A stretch of DNA of 64,000 nt from Deltaproteobacteria bacterium (lineage in GTDB: Bacteria > Desulfobacterota > Binatia > UBA12015), in contig JAYGCM010000069.1 of NCBI GenBank assembly GCA_046583355.1, positions 53,522 to 117,521 of the forward strand. The letters run 5' to 3'. The notes beneath the pieces are model-generated. The model was not told the DNA's origin. It saw only the letters and a program-made list of their open reading frames with translations, and ran no database searches. Shown here one piece after another: positions 9,237-18,320 of the stretch; the stretch's first letter is position 1; each line of letters begins with the position of its first letter. A program made the translations under genes and the position numbers.

Positions 9237-10460
9237 ATGCCGGTTTTTGCCTACGAAGGTCGTACCGCCAGCGGCAAGACGCTGCGCGGCGATATGGAAG
9301 CGCCCTCGCGTGAGGCCGTGATCGCGCGGCTGCGCTCCCAGCGCATTCAGCCGATTGCCAAGCGGATCCGTGAGAAGGGCAAGGGCCTGAGCCGCGAGAT
9401 CAATCTCCCGACCCTCGGACGGGCCGTGAAGCCGCAAGATGTGGTCGTCTTCACCCGCCAGCTGACCACCATGGTCGAGGCGGGCATGCCCTTGGTGCAG
9501 ACGCTCGATATCCTCGGCTCGCAGAGCGACAATAAGCATTTCCAGAAGGAGATCCGCCAGGTCAAGGAGTCGGTCGAGTCCGGCTCGACTTTCTCGGATG
9601 CGCTGCGCCGCTTCCCCAAGACCTGGGACGATCTCTATACGAATATGGTTCAGGCCGGCGAGGTCGGCGGCATTCTCGACACCATCCTCGGGCGTCTCTC
9701 CCTCTATATGGAGAAAACGCTCTCGCTCAAGCGTAAAATAAAAGGCGCGATGATCTACCCGGCCACGATCATTTCGGTGGCCGTGATCGTTACCCTGATT
9801 CTTCTGGTCTTCGTGATTCCTGTTTTTGCCGAGCTTTTCGGCAGCTTTGGCAAGGCGTTGCCGCTGCCCACCCAGATCGTCATCAATATCTCGAATTTCA
9901 CGATTGCCTGGATGCATTTGATGGCCGCCGGCGTGGTTCTTTTCGCCCTCGGCGTGCGCCGGACCTATGGCACCGAGCACGGGCGCTTCGCCATCGACAA
10001 GATGTTGCTCGGCACGCCTATCATCGGGTCGTTGTTGCTCAAGGCTTCGGTGGCGCGCTTTTCGCGCACTCTCGGCACGCTCGTGTCCTCGGGTGTGCCG
10101 ATCCTCGATGCTCTGACCATCACCGCCCGGACCTCGGGTAATAAGGTCGTCGAGAGGGCCGCCTTTCGGGTGCGTGAGAGCATCAGCCAAGGCCGCACGA
10201 TGCTGGAGCCCTTACTCGCCTCGGGCGTCTTTCCGCCCATGGTCTGCCAGATGATCGGTGCCGGCGAGATGACCGGCTCGCTTGATCAGATGTTGCAAAA
10301 GGTCGCCGATTTCTACGAAGAAGAGGTCGATAACGCAGTCGAGAACCTGACTGCGTTGATGGAACCGCTGGTCATCGTCGTGCTGGGCGTCATCATTGGC
10401 GGCTTGGTGATCTCGATGTACCTGCCGATCTTTCAGCTCGGACAGATTCTCTCGAGCTGA
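9237..10460 (+). CDS. pilC: Type IV pilus platform protein PilC (T2SS F family)
   Basis: FTRQLTTM, MVQAGEVGGILD, AMIYP, FSRTLGTLVSSGVP, MYLPIF. Confidence 0.95.
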   Translation: MPVFAYEGRTASGKTLRGDMEAPSREAVIARLRSQRIQPIAKRIREKGKGLSREINLPTLGRAVKPQDVVVFTRQLTTMVEAGMPLVQTLDILGSQSDNKHFQKEIRQVKESVESGSTFSDALRRFPKTWDDLYTNMVQAGEVGGILDTILGRLSLYMEKTLSLKRKIKGAMIYPATIISVAVIVTLILLVFVIPVFAELFGSFGKALPLPTQIVINISNFTIAWMHLMAAGVVLFALGVRRTYGTEHGRFAIDKMLLGTPIIGSLLLKASVARFSRTLGTLVSSGVPILDALTITARTSGNKVVERAAFRVRESISQGRTMLEPLLASGVFPPMVCQMIGAGEMTGSLDQMLQKVADFYEEEVDNAVENLTALMEPLVIVVLGVIIGGLVISMYLPIFQLGQILSS

Positions 10461-10840
10461 GGACTTTCGTCTCCTTTGGCCGGGGATCCGCCGCGAAGAG
10501 CCGCGCACTCCTCTCCCCGCGGCGGCCGGTGGCGCGAAGGCGTCTTCCCTCGTGCCGTCGTCCTTACGACCGGCGGGCCACCGCCGCGCGCGTCCAGGGC
10601 GCGCCTGTAGCATTTTGTTGCGCCGGCGTCGCTGGCCCCAACCGCTGGCAGTCGCCCGTCACGGGCCGCTGCGGCGCCGGACGACCGTCAAGTTTGCAAC
10701 GCTTCGGTAGTCATATCGTCGAATATGAATCGAATGCCCGGTCAGATGCAACATGATGTTTCATGAGAGCCTTCTGGGAAAGGCTGTAAACTTCAGCGTT
10801 TTCCCCGAAAATACAGGGCGAATCCGGGGTGTGCCACTTT

Positions 10841-10856
10841 TGGCACTGTCATTGCT
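10841..10856 (+). promoter_or_regulatory. sigma54 promoter of pilA1
   Basis: TGGCAC-TGTCA-TTGCT, a near-perfect -24/-12 consensus about 100 bp upstream of the ATG. Confidence 0.8.
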
Positions 10857-10956
10857 TTGACCTCTATCGAAGCCGCGCGTCGATTCGCGTCGGCCAATGT
10901 CAATGTATGGCCAGACGCCGCGGCGCGAACGGCCCCCCAATGGAGGAATAGGAAAA

Positions 10957-11313
10957 ATGGACATCAAGAATAAAGACGAAAACGGATTCACATTGATCGA
11001 ACTGCTCGTGGTGGTGGCGATCATCGGGATTCTGGCAGCGATCGCGATTCCGCAGTTCTCGGCGTATCGCAACCAGGGTTTCAACGCGCGGTCGTCATCC
11101 GATCTGCGCAATCTGGCCACCGCACAAGAGGCCTTCTTCGCCCAGCAGGCGACCTACCAGGAAGACCCCGCATCTCTGCCGGGCTTTCGCCAGTCCCCGG
11201 GCGTGACCGTCACGGTCGCCGATAATGGCGACGGCACTTTCATCGCGACCGCGGTGCACTCCGCGACCGGCGAGATGTACACGTGGAGCTCCGGCGCCGG
11301 CGGCTTGCAATAA
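10957..11313 (+). CDS. pilA: Major type IVa pilin (copy 1), 108-aa mature
   Basis: Class III leader MDIKNKDENG|FTLIELLVVVAIIGILAAIAIPQFSAY; SD GGAGG; sigma54 promoter; terminator. Confidence 0.92.
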   Translation: MDIKNKDENGFTLIELLVVVAIIGILAAIAIPQFSAYRNQGFNARSSSDLRNLATAQEAFFAQQATYQEDPASLPGFRQSPGVTVTVADNGDGTFIATAVHSATGEMYTWSSGAGGLQ

Positions 11314-11356
11314 CCAACGACCTTTCCGGCCTTCGCGCCGGGCGAAGCATTCGGAA

Positions 11357-11396
11357 CAATGGCGCTGCTCTGCGAGGGGCAGCGCCATTGGTTTTT
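11357..11396 (+). terminator. Rho-independent terminator after pilA1
   Basis: CAATGGCGCTGC / GCAGCGCCATTG stem followed by GTTTTT. Confidence 0.75.
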
Positions 11397-11427
11397 CCGG
11401 CGTCGGAACCAGAGGGCAAGAAGAGCG

Positions 11428-13035
11428 ATGGATCGATCGAAGGCATTGGCGGTTTTGGCCGTGGCGGGTGCGTTGTTGCATTTCTTCGGCACCAATATCG
11501 CCGACCCGGATACCTGGGGCCATCTGCGCTACGGCACCTCGATGTGGGAGGGCGCCGGGCTCCCCTGGTTCGATACGTTTTCTTACACGGCCGCTGGCGC
11601 GGTCTTCTACGACCATGAATGGCTGAGCGATTTCTTCTTCGCCGGTCTTTGGCTGTCGGTGGGCTCGCCCGGGCTGATCCTCGCCAAGCTGCTTTTTGGC
11701 TTGCTGATTGTTGTTTTGCTTCGCGATGCCGGCGCCACGCTTGGCCGCACCTGGTATCCGAAGTTTCGCGCCCATCCCCTCACCGAGGCCCTGGTTCTCG
11801 TGCTGGCGCTTTCGGTCATCGCGCCCGGTGCGACGTTTCGCCCGCAACTCTGGACGATGTTGCTCCTCGCCGCACAACTCGCCACGCTGGCCCGCGCCGA
11901 GGCGCGCCTGCGCGCCAAGGCCTACCGCGGGAGGGTTGGCTGGGAGGTCGGCGTGCAGCCTGCGTTGATTGCTTTCTGGGCCAATCTGCATGGCGGCTTC
12001 CTTGTCGGTATCGCCGTCTTCGGGCTCTTCGTCGCCAGTGTTCTCGTGCGCGCATGGAGCGGGCTCTTTCCCGCCCGTCTGCGGCCGCGCGAAGGCTTGG
12101 CGGTGGCCGGGCTTGGTCTTGCCGCTCTCGCGGCACCGCTTTTGAACCCCTATGGGGCCGAACTCTATACCTACCTCTGGCGCACGCTCGGTGACCATGG
12201 GGCGATCGGCGAGTGGTACGCCGTAGCTCTCAGCGACCCGAATTTTTTCCGCTTTCAGGCGCTGGTGCTACTCGCCTTGGCCGCGGCGTTTTTTCTCGCG
12301 CGCCGCCGGCGCCTGCCGCTGGCCGATCTTGCTCTGGGCTGGTGGCTGCCGCTGCTGGTATTGCTCGCCTTCTACGCCTACCGCCACCAGCGCCATACCG
12401 TTCTTTTTGCCGAGGCGGTCGTGCCTTTCCTGATTGTTGCCGGCGAGCGGGCGCGCTGTCTGCTGCGGCGGCGTTGGCCCGTGCTTCGTCCGACACCCTT
12501 TTTGCGCCATGCGGTTTTCTGCGCGCTCGTTCTGCTTGCCGGAATGCAGATCGGCGGCTTTGGCCGCACTCTCGCGCGCGATGGCGGAACCATCCGCTTC
12601 GACCGCTTCGAGTATCCGGTCGATGTCGTGCAATTCCTCCACGAGAACGGCCTGCGTGGGAATATCGCGATGCCTTTCGAATGGGGCGCGTATGCCAATT
12701 GGAAGCTCGGGGACGAGTTCCAGGTCTTCATCGATGGCCGCTTCGAGGCGGTCTTTCCGCCGCGGGTGATCGAAGATTATTTCCGCTTTACCGAAGGTGC
12801 TCCCGGCTGGGAGCGCCTTCTCGATGCATATCCGACCGAGATTATCGTCGTGCAGCGGTGGCGCAATATCCACCCCCGTCTCTTTGCTCGCGACGATCTG
12901 CGCTATGTTTATTCCGACCCGGCTGCCTTGGTTTTTGTGCGCCCCACGCCGACCAACGCAGCGGCGCTCGATCGGCTGACGCGGATTGCCGATGCCCGCC
13001 TCGAGTTTCCCACGCTCGATACGGTCTTTCCTTGA
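11428..13035 (+). CDS. Polytopic membrane protein, putative GT-C-fold glycosyltransferase
   Basis: Many hydrophobic segments; acidic DPDxW in first loop, HEWL, FRPQ, WANLHGGF, LLNPYG, IDGR; soluble C-terminal domain; function inferred. Confidence 0.55.
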   Translation: MDRSKALAVLAVAGALLHFFGTNIADPDTWGHLRYGTSMWEGAGLPWFDTFSYTAAGAVFYDHEWLSDFFFAGLWLSVGSPGLILAKLLFGLLIVVLLRDAGATLGRTWYPKFRAHPLTEALVLVLALSVIAPGATFRPQLWTMLLLAAQLATLARAEARLRAKAYRGRVGWEVGVQPALIAFWANLHGGFLVGIAVFGLFVASVLVRAWSGLFPARLRPREGLAVAGLGLAALAAPLLNPYGAELYTYLWRTLGDHGAIGEWYAVALSDPNFFRFQALVLLALAAAFFLARRRRLPLADLALGWWLPLLVLLAFYAYRHQRHTVLFAEAVVPFLIVAGERARCLLRRRWPVLRPTPFLRHAVFCALVLLAGMQIGGFGRTLARDGGTIRFDRFEYPVDVVQFLHENGLRGNIAMPFEWGAYANWKLGDEFQVFIDGRFEAVFPPRVIEDYFRFTEGAPGWERLLDAYPTEIIVVQRWRNIHPRLFARDDLRYVYSDPAALVFVRPTPTNAAALDRLTRIADARLEFPTLDTVFP

Positions 13036-13105
13036 GCGTTCTTTTGCACTGGCCGCCCGCGCGCTGTGGTGGCTGGAGGGGCCGCCGCATGCGAGCATCC
13101 AGAGC

Positions 13106-13897
13106 GTGGTTCCGGATTCCTTTTTGATCTCGCTGGTTGTCCTCCTGGGTGCGATGCTCGGGAGTTTTCTGAATGTCGTGATCTACCGCGTGCCGTGTGG
13201 CGAAAGCATCGTGCATCCGCGCTCACATTGTCCCGGCTGCGGCCATATTCTCGCGGCCTGGGAGAATATTCCGGTGCTCAGCTGGGTGCTTCTGCGGGCG
13301 CGTTGCCGCGGCTGCGGCAACGCGATTTCGCCGCGCTACCCGATTGTCGAGATCCTCTGCGGGCTGCTTGCCTGGGCGCTCTATAGGCGCTTCGGGCCAA
13401 CTCCTGAGTTCCTCGGCTTCGCTATTTTCTCCTACCTGCTGGTCGCGCTCACCTATATCGATCTCGACCATCAGCTCCTGCCCGATAGGCTGACGCTGCC
13501 CGGGCTCGGTGTGGGGCTGCTGGCCGCGCCGCTGATCCACCGCGCCCAACCGCTGCCGGCCTTCGGCGATGCTGCGCTCGGCGCGTTGGTTGGCGGCGGG
13601 ATCCTCTATCTGGTCGCTTGGTCCTATGAAAAGGCGACCGGGCGTGAGGGCATGGGCGGTGGCGATATCAAATTTCTTGCGATGATCGGCGCGTTTCTCG
13701 GCTGGCAGGGCGTTCTGTTGACCCTTTTCCTGGGCTCGATTGTTGGCTCGGTGATTGGTGTGGCAACCATGGTGGCGCGCCGCGAAGACACCAAACTCGC
13801 TCTGCCCTTCGGCCCCTTCCTCGCGATCGGTGCCCTGGTCACGCTCTTCCAAGGCGATGCGATCCTGGCCTGGTATCTCGGCACCATGCGGCTCTGA
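13106..13897 (+). CDS. pilD: Prepilin peptidase / N-methyltransferase
   Basis: GSFLNVVIYRVP, SHCPGC, ENIPVLSW, RCRGC, YIDLD, GMGGGDIK, LPFGPFL; start approximate. Confidence 0.95.
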   Translation: MVPDSFLISLVVLLGAMLGSFLNVVIYRVPCGESIVHPRSHCPGCGHILAAWENIPVLSWVLLRARCRGCGNAISPRYPIVEILCGLLAWALYRRFGPTPEFLGFAIFSYLLVALTYIDLDHQLLPDRLTLPGLGVGLLAAPLIHRAQPLPAFGDAALGALVGGGILYLVAWSYEKATGREGMGGGDIKFLAMIGAFLGWQGVLLTLFLGSIVGSVIGVATMVARREDTKLALPFGPFLAIGALVTLFQGDAILAWYLGTMRL

Positions 13898-13965
13898 TTT
13901 CTGCTCTCGGGGGATTCCCCGAGCTCGGCCAAATGGTAGGATCTGTCCCATTGGAGGGCTTGAAA

Positions 13966-14613
13966 ATGGTGAATGATTTTCTTCCGATCCGGACGCCTCG
14001 TAGGGGGCATCTGCTGGCAGGACTCCTGATGTTCGTGCTCGTGCTGCTGGCGTTTCTGGCAGGTCCGGCCGCTGGCGCCATGTCGGTGCTTGGCTCGAGC
14101 AATGGACGCGAATGCTACCTGCACGCAACCATGAGCAGCGGGTCGCCGGAGGCGGCGTTGGTCTGTCGCGATGCCCTTGCACTCGATGGCCTGGGCCAAC
14201 GCGACCGCGCCGCGACTCTGGTGAACCTGGGCATCGTGCTCACCCATGCCCAAGACCATGCTGCGGCAATTGTGGTCTTTGACGAAGCGGAGTCGCTGCG
14301 CCCGGGGCTTACCGAGGCGATGATCAATCGGGGCAATGCGTATTTCCACCAGCGTGATTATCCCCGTGCGATCGCAGAGTATGGGCGCAGTCTCGAAGAG
14401 GGGACAACGCGGCGGGCCGCGGCCTATGTGAACCGGGCATTGGCGTATGAATATACGCGCGATTATGCGAGCGCGGCGCGCGATTATGCTTGCGCGCTGG
14501 TCCATCGCCCCTCGTTTGCGAAAGCCGATCGCGGCGTTGTCCGCGTGCGCGCGCACGGCCATGCGATCCCCACGCGTTGCGTGGTGGAACATTCGCGCAC
14601 GATTGTCGAGTAG
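13966..14613 (+). CDS. Exported tetratricopeptide repeat protein
   Basis: Signal-like hydrophobic stretch; TPR units (TLVNLGIV, AMINRGNAY, AYVNRALAY). Confidence 0.7.
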   Translation: MVNDFLPIRTPRRGHLLAGLLMFVLVLLAFLAGPAAGAMSVLGSSNGRECYLHATMSSGSPEAALVCRDALALDGLGQRDRAATLVNLGIVLTHAQDHAAAIVVFDEAESLRPGLTEAMINRGNAYFHQRDYPRAIAEYGRSLEEGTTRRAAAYVNRALAYEYTRDYASAARDYACALVHRPSFAKADRGVVRVRAHGHAIPTRCVVEHSRTIVE

Positions 14614-14670
14614 GCTATTTCCTTCGTGCCCCTCCTTGCCGGTTGGCAGGAGTCGGCGTAGCTGCGGCCT

Positions 14671-15084
14671 GTGGCGCGAACATCGCACGGTTTCACTTTG
14701 CTCGAATTGCTCGTGGCGATCGGCCTGCTGGCGATCCTTGCGGGGGTCGCGGCGCCCGGCTTTGGCGCACTCGCCGGTGGCTGGCAGCTGCGGGCGGCGG
14801 CGCTGCGCGTGGCCGGCACCTTGAACCGGGCTCGTGCCGGCGCGTTGCGTGGCTCCGAATCGTGGTCTGTACGGGCGTCGGGTGACGCCCTTCTTTTCGG
14901 GCCGGTACGGGGGAGGGCACAGAGAGTCGCGATGCCGGCGGGAATTTTCGTCTCGGTCAACTCTGGCGGTGTCGTGCAATTCTCACGCACCGGCTACGCC
15001 GAGAATGCCACTTTCCGGCTTCTCGGCGACCAGGGGGAGCGCCGCGTGGTGGTGAACCAGCGTGGTCGGATCAGGTTGCAATGA
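14671..15084 (+). CDS. Minor pilin FimT/GspH-like (set 1)
   Basis: G|FTLLELLV prepilin motif; C-terminal VVVNQRGRIR typical of FimT/GspH. Confidence 0.8.
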   Translation: MARTSHGFTLLELLVAIGLLAILAGVAAPGFGALAGGWQLRAAALRVAGTLNRARAGALRGSESWSVRASGDALLFGPVRGRAQRVAMPAGIFVSVNSGGVVQFSRTGYAENATFRLLGDQGERRVVVNQRGRIRLQ

Positions 15085-15455
15085 AGCCGCGTCCGCGACG
15101 CAAGGTGGCGGGTGGGTTCACGCTCGTCGAGGTTCTGGTGGCACTCGGGATCGCCGTCTCGGGAAGCATGCTCGCGCTCTCGGCCAGTGCGACCATGCTG
15201 CGCTTTGTTCACGCGGCGCGCGCCGAGGCCGCGGGGCTGGCGGCCGCTCAGGCAAAGGTTGAGGAGTTGATCTCGACCAGGCGCGCGAGCCGCCTGGAGG
15301 GCAATGATGTAGTCGAGCTTGCGGGTGTCGAGGTCGGTCGCATCTGGCGGGTGCGGCCGCATCCGGATCTTCCCGGCCTCCAGCGCGTCGAGGTGAGCGC
15401 ACGTTGGCAGGAGCCGCAGCTCACCGTGCTGGTTCTCGTGGCGGTCGCCCCATGA
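15081..15455 (+). CDS. Minor pilin PilV-like (set 1)
   Basis: G|FTLVEVLVAL; short; C-terminal RVEVSARW; ATGA overlap. Confidence 0.75.
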   Translation: MKPRPRRKVAGGFTLVEVLVALGIAVSGSMLALSASATMLRFVHAARAEAAGLAAAQAKVEELISTRRASRLEGNDVVELAGVEVGRIWRVRPHPDLPGLQRVEVSARWQEPQLTVLVLVAVAP

Positions 15456-16084
15456 AGCCGTCTGGCCGGCGGCCGTGCGGAGTTCCGGCTGCCGGCGAGA
15501 GCGCCGCGCCGGGCTTCACATTGGTCGAATTGCTCGTCGCGCTTGGACTCGGCCTCAGTGTCCTGGCACTGCTCTCAAGCGTCCTTGTGCTGCACCTTCG
15601 CCTCGCGCGTCAGGTACAAGCAGAGGCGCGTATGGTCGGCGATCTCGCGTGGGCTATGCGTGTAGTCTCCGCTGATCTGCGCGATGCCGGGCTCGACCCT
15701 TCGCTTGCGGGCCACGCGGCATTCGCCAGCGCCGGGCCGCGTGGCTTCGTGCGGCTGGCGGATCGCAATGGCGACGGCCAGATCGACGAGCGTTCCGAGG
15801 AGATGGTCGGCATGGTGCAGAACGCGGGCAGCAGCCTGCTGCGCCGCGTAGGCCGCCAGGGGATGTCGGTGCTGCAGGGCCTGCCGGATGACGGCTTCCG
15901 GACTATCTTTTTTGATGCCGAAGGAGCCGTCCTGGGTACGGAGGGAATCGCGCTCTCCGCTGCCCAGAGGCAACAGGTGGCGCGGGTGCGCTTCGAGGTG
16001 GAGGTGGCGCGCGAGGCGCAGAGCCTGCGTGGTCGATTTCGCCTGCAAACCACCACGGCGCTACGCACCAGGCTGGCCCGGTGA
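15452..16084 (+). CDS. Minor pilin PilW-like (set 1)
   Basis: G|FTLVELLVAL; DLRDAG; DRNGDGQID calcium-loop-like motif. Confidence 0.75.
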   Translation: MKPSGRRPCGVPAAGESAAPGFTLVELLVALGLGLSVLALLSSVLVLHLRLARQVQAEARMVGDLAWAMRVVSADLRDAGLDPSLAGHAAFASAGPRGFVRLADRNGDGQIDERSEEMVGMVQNAGSSLLRRVGRQGMSVLQGLPDDGFRTIFFDAEGAVLGTEGIALSAAQRQQVARVRFEVEVAREAQSLRGRFRLQTTTALRTRLAR

Positions 16085-17094
16085 GGTTGCGCCTCTGCGC
16101 CGCGCAGCGCGGCATTGTGCTGATCTCGGCATTGCTCCTACTTGTGCTCCTCACCGCCGCGACGGGCGCCGGATTGTGGCTGGTGCGCTCTGATCTTTGG
16201 GCGGCCGGCGCGGCGCGAGCAGAATTGCAGGCGCTCTATACCGCCGAGGCGGGCCTTTTTGCGGCCGCAGCGGGCATTGCGCCGGCGACGCTTGGGCTGA
16301 ACGAACCTGAGGCATGGCAAGCCTTGCCCATCGGAATCAAGCAGTTTTTTCCAGGCCCCCCCTTCGGCTATCGCCTGCGTAATCCGCGTGGCGGGTTCGG
16401 CAGTGGCGGGCGGCCGCTGCTGCGCCTTGAGGTCGAGTCCGAGGCGGTAGCCGGTGCGCGCCGACACCTCGAGGCTACCATCGTTCGTCGTGAGCAGGCC
16501 TATGCGCCGGCTGCCATGCTGATCCGCCTGGGCGGCATTGACCTCACGCAGGCGGCGCTTTCGCTCGCCACAGCACCTAATCTGCGCTTGCGCGGAACCG
16601 TCAGCGCACCGGCGCTTGCGGCTGCTGGCGAAGAAGTCGAGCGCCGGCTCTTTGCCCTTCTGGCGGATTCGCGGGTCCACGTCCGGCCACGCGGCCCTAT
16701 CGGTTTCGCCGCCCCCATCGCCATTGCGGCATTCGCGGCCGCGACCGGGCGCCCCGTGGAGGCCGGCCCTCTTTTTTCCCCTCCTGCGGGCGGCGCCCAT
16801 CTGCGTTTCCTTGGCGGGGGTACGCTGCCGAATTTGGTGGGTGATGGTTTGGTAGTTTCGCTCGGCGACCTTCGCATTGAGAATGCGTTCGACTTCGCCG
16901 GTGTTCTACTGGTTGCCGGGCGCCTCGAGTTGGACGCGACAACCTGCCGGATGCGCGGATTCGTTCAGGCCGATAGCCTGGTGCTGCACGCACCCTGCGA
17001 GTTCGTCCTGGACCCGCAGGCCGTGCGCGCCGCCGACGCCCTCGAGCCTCTGCCGCGGGCCGCTCGCGTGCATTCGCTGCAAGATAAGGACTGA
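16081..17094 (+). CDS. Minor pilin PilX-like (set 1)
   Basis: QRG|IVLISAL lacking Glu5; ALYTAEAG PilX N-terminal motif. Confidence 0.7.
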   Translation: MRLRLCAAQRGIVLISALLLLVLLTAATGAGLWLVRSDLWAAGAARAELQALYTAEAGLFAAAAGIAPATLGLNEPEAWQALPIGIKQFFPGPPFGYRLRNPRGGFGSGGRPLLRLEVESEAVAGARRHLEATIVRREQAYAPAAMLIRLGGIDLTQAALSLATAPNLRLRGTVSAPALAAAGEEVERRLFALLADSRVHVRPRGPIGFAAPIAIAAFAAATGRPVEAGPLFSPPAGGAHLRFLGGGTLPNLVGDGLVVSLGDLRIENAFDFAGVLLVAGRLELDATTCRMRGFVQADSLVLHAPCEFVLDPQAVRAADALEPLPRAARVHSLQDKD

Positions 17095-17355
17095 GTGCTG
17101 CCGGCGAACGGCTCCCGAATGCAGGCCGGCTTTTGGCCGGATCTCTAGCCTGGGCCGGTGTTTGGATGGGCCGCCGCTTCGGCAGGGAGCCTGCGAAGTG
17201 CCGATCCTGTCTGTCGAAGCGACGAAAATGTACCGCTCCATTCGCCTCGGCAAACGCGGTTATTTATCTAACTAGCTGAATTTACTCGGGTAAATTTTAA
17301 GCCCCCTCCTGTCCGCGGCGGTACGGACCTTGCAGTTAACCGGCGTGGAGGGGCT

Positions 17356-17943
17356 GTGGAAGTGGATGTGGGACAAGCAAGGGACGGTAGCGGGGCGTGC
17401 GCTCGGCTGCGCCGGCAGAATGGTTGGACGCTGATCGAAGCGATGGTCGTCACCAGTATGATGATGATCCTGGCGAGCATCGCCGTACCGCAATTTTCCT
17501 TGATCTCGCGTCAGATGCATACCAGCGCTGCCGCGACGCAGCTCCTGGGCAACCTCCAATTTGCCCGGCTGCAGAGCTTGCGTACGGGTGTCCCGCATTA
17601 TGTTTCGACGAGTGCGGGGGGCGGTATTGCCTACCAGATACAGCGTTCGGCCACGCCGCCCTTGATCGTACCGGCCTCGGATCCCATCGTGCGTAATATC
17701 GATCTCTCCGACTCGATGCCGCATGTCGAGTTCAGCCCGAACGGGGCCGCCGCCGGTCCCTATGGTGGGGAGGTTGCGGGCAGTGTCCCGGGCCAGCCGC
17801 TGGTCTTCGATGCACGCGGTCTGCCCACAACGACGGCGGCCTATTATGTGCGCTCGTCGGAAGGGACGTTTGCCTACGCCATTTCGATTACCGGTGCTGG
17901 CCGCACGCGCGTCTGGCGCCAGGCCGCTGGGGGTTGGCAATGA
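17356..17943 (+). CDS. Minor pilin FimT/FimU-like (set 2)
   Basis: NG|WTLIEAMVV prepilin-like motif; LQFARLQS, VFDARGL, ITGAGRTR. Confidence 0.75.
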   Translation: MEVDVGQARDGSGACARLRRQNGWTLIEAMVVTSMMMILASIAVPQFSLISRQMHTSAAATQLLGNLQFARLQSLRTGVPHYVSTSAGGGIAYQIQRSATPPLIVPASDPIVRNIDLSDSMPHVEFSPNGAAAGPYGGEVAGSVPGQPLVFDARGLPTTTAAYYVRSSEGTFAYAISITGAGRTRVWRQAAGGWQ

Positions 17944-18320
17944 GAGCGAGTCGCCTCACCTCCGAGGGTGGGTTCACGATCATCGAGACATTGGTCGCGA
18001 TGATGATTCTCTCGATTTCCTTCCTCGGCTTCGCCGGCGTCCATATCCTCGCCAGCAAGGCGCAATCGCTGGGCAATAACCAGGGCATCGCGACTTTTCT
18101 CGCCAATCAGCAGCTCGAAGAGATGCGCCGCACGGCCTTTGCTCAGATCTCGAGTGCCTTGGATGTAGAAGAACGCGAGGGTCTGAATTTCGTGGTTGCC
18201 AGGGTCGTCGAGGATCTCGGTTTGGCGAAGAAGGTGGACGTCCTGGTCGTCTGGCAGAGCCGGCTGGGCGTGCGCACGCTCACGCTCTCGTCTCTCGTCA
18301 GTCAGGTTACCAACCCGTGA
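17940..18320 (+). CDS. Minor pilin PilV-like (set 2)
   Basis: G|FTIIETLVAM; LANQQLEEMR; KKVDVLVVW. Confidence 0.8.
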   Translation: MRASRLTSEGGFTIIETLVAMMILSISFLGFAGVHILASKAQSLGNNQGIATFLANQQLEEMRRTAFAQISSALDVEEREGLNFVVARVVEDLGLAKKVDVLVVWQSRLGVRTLTLSSLVSQVTNP

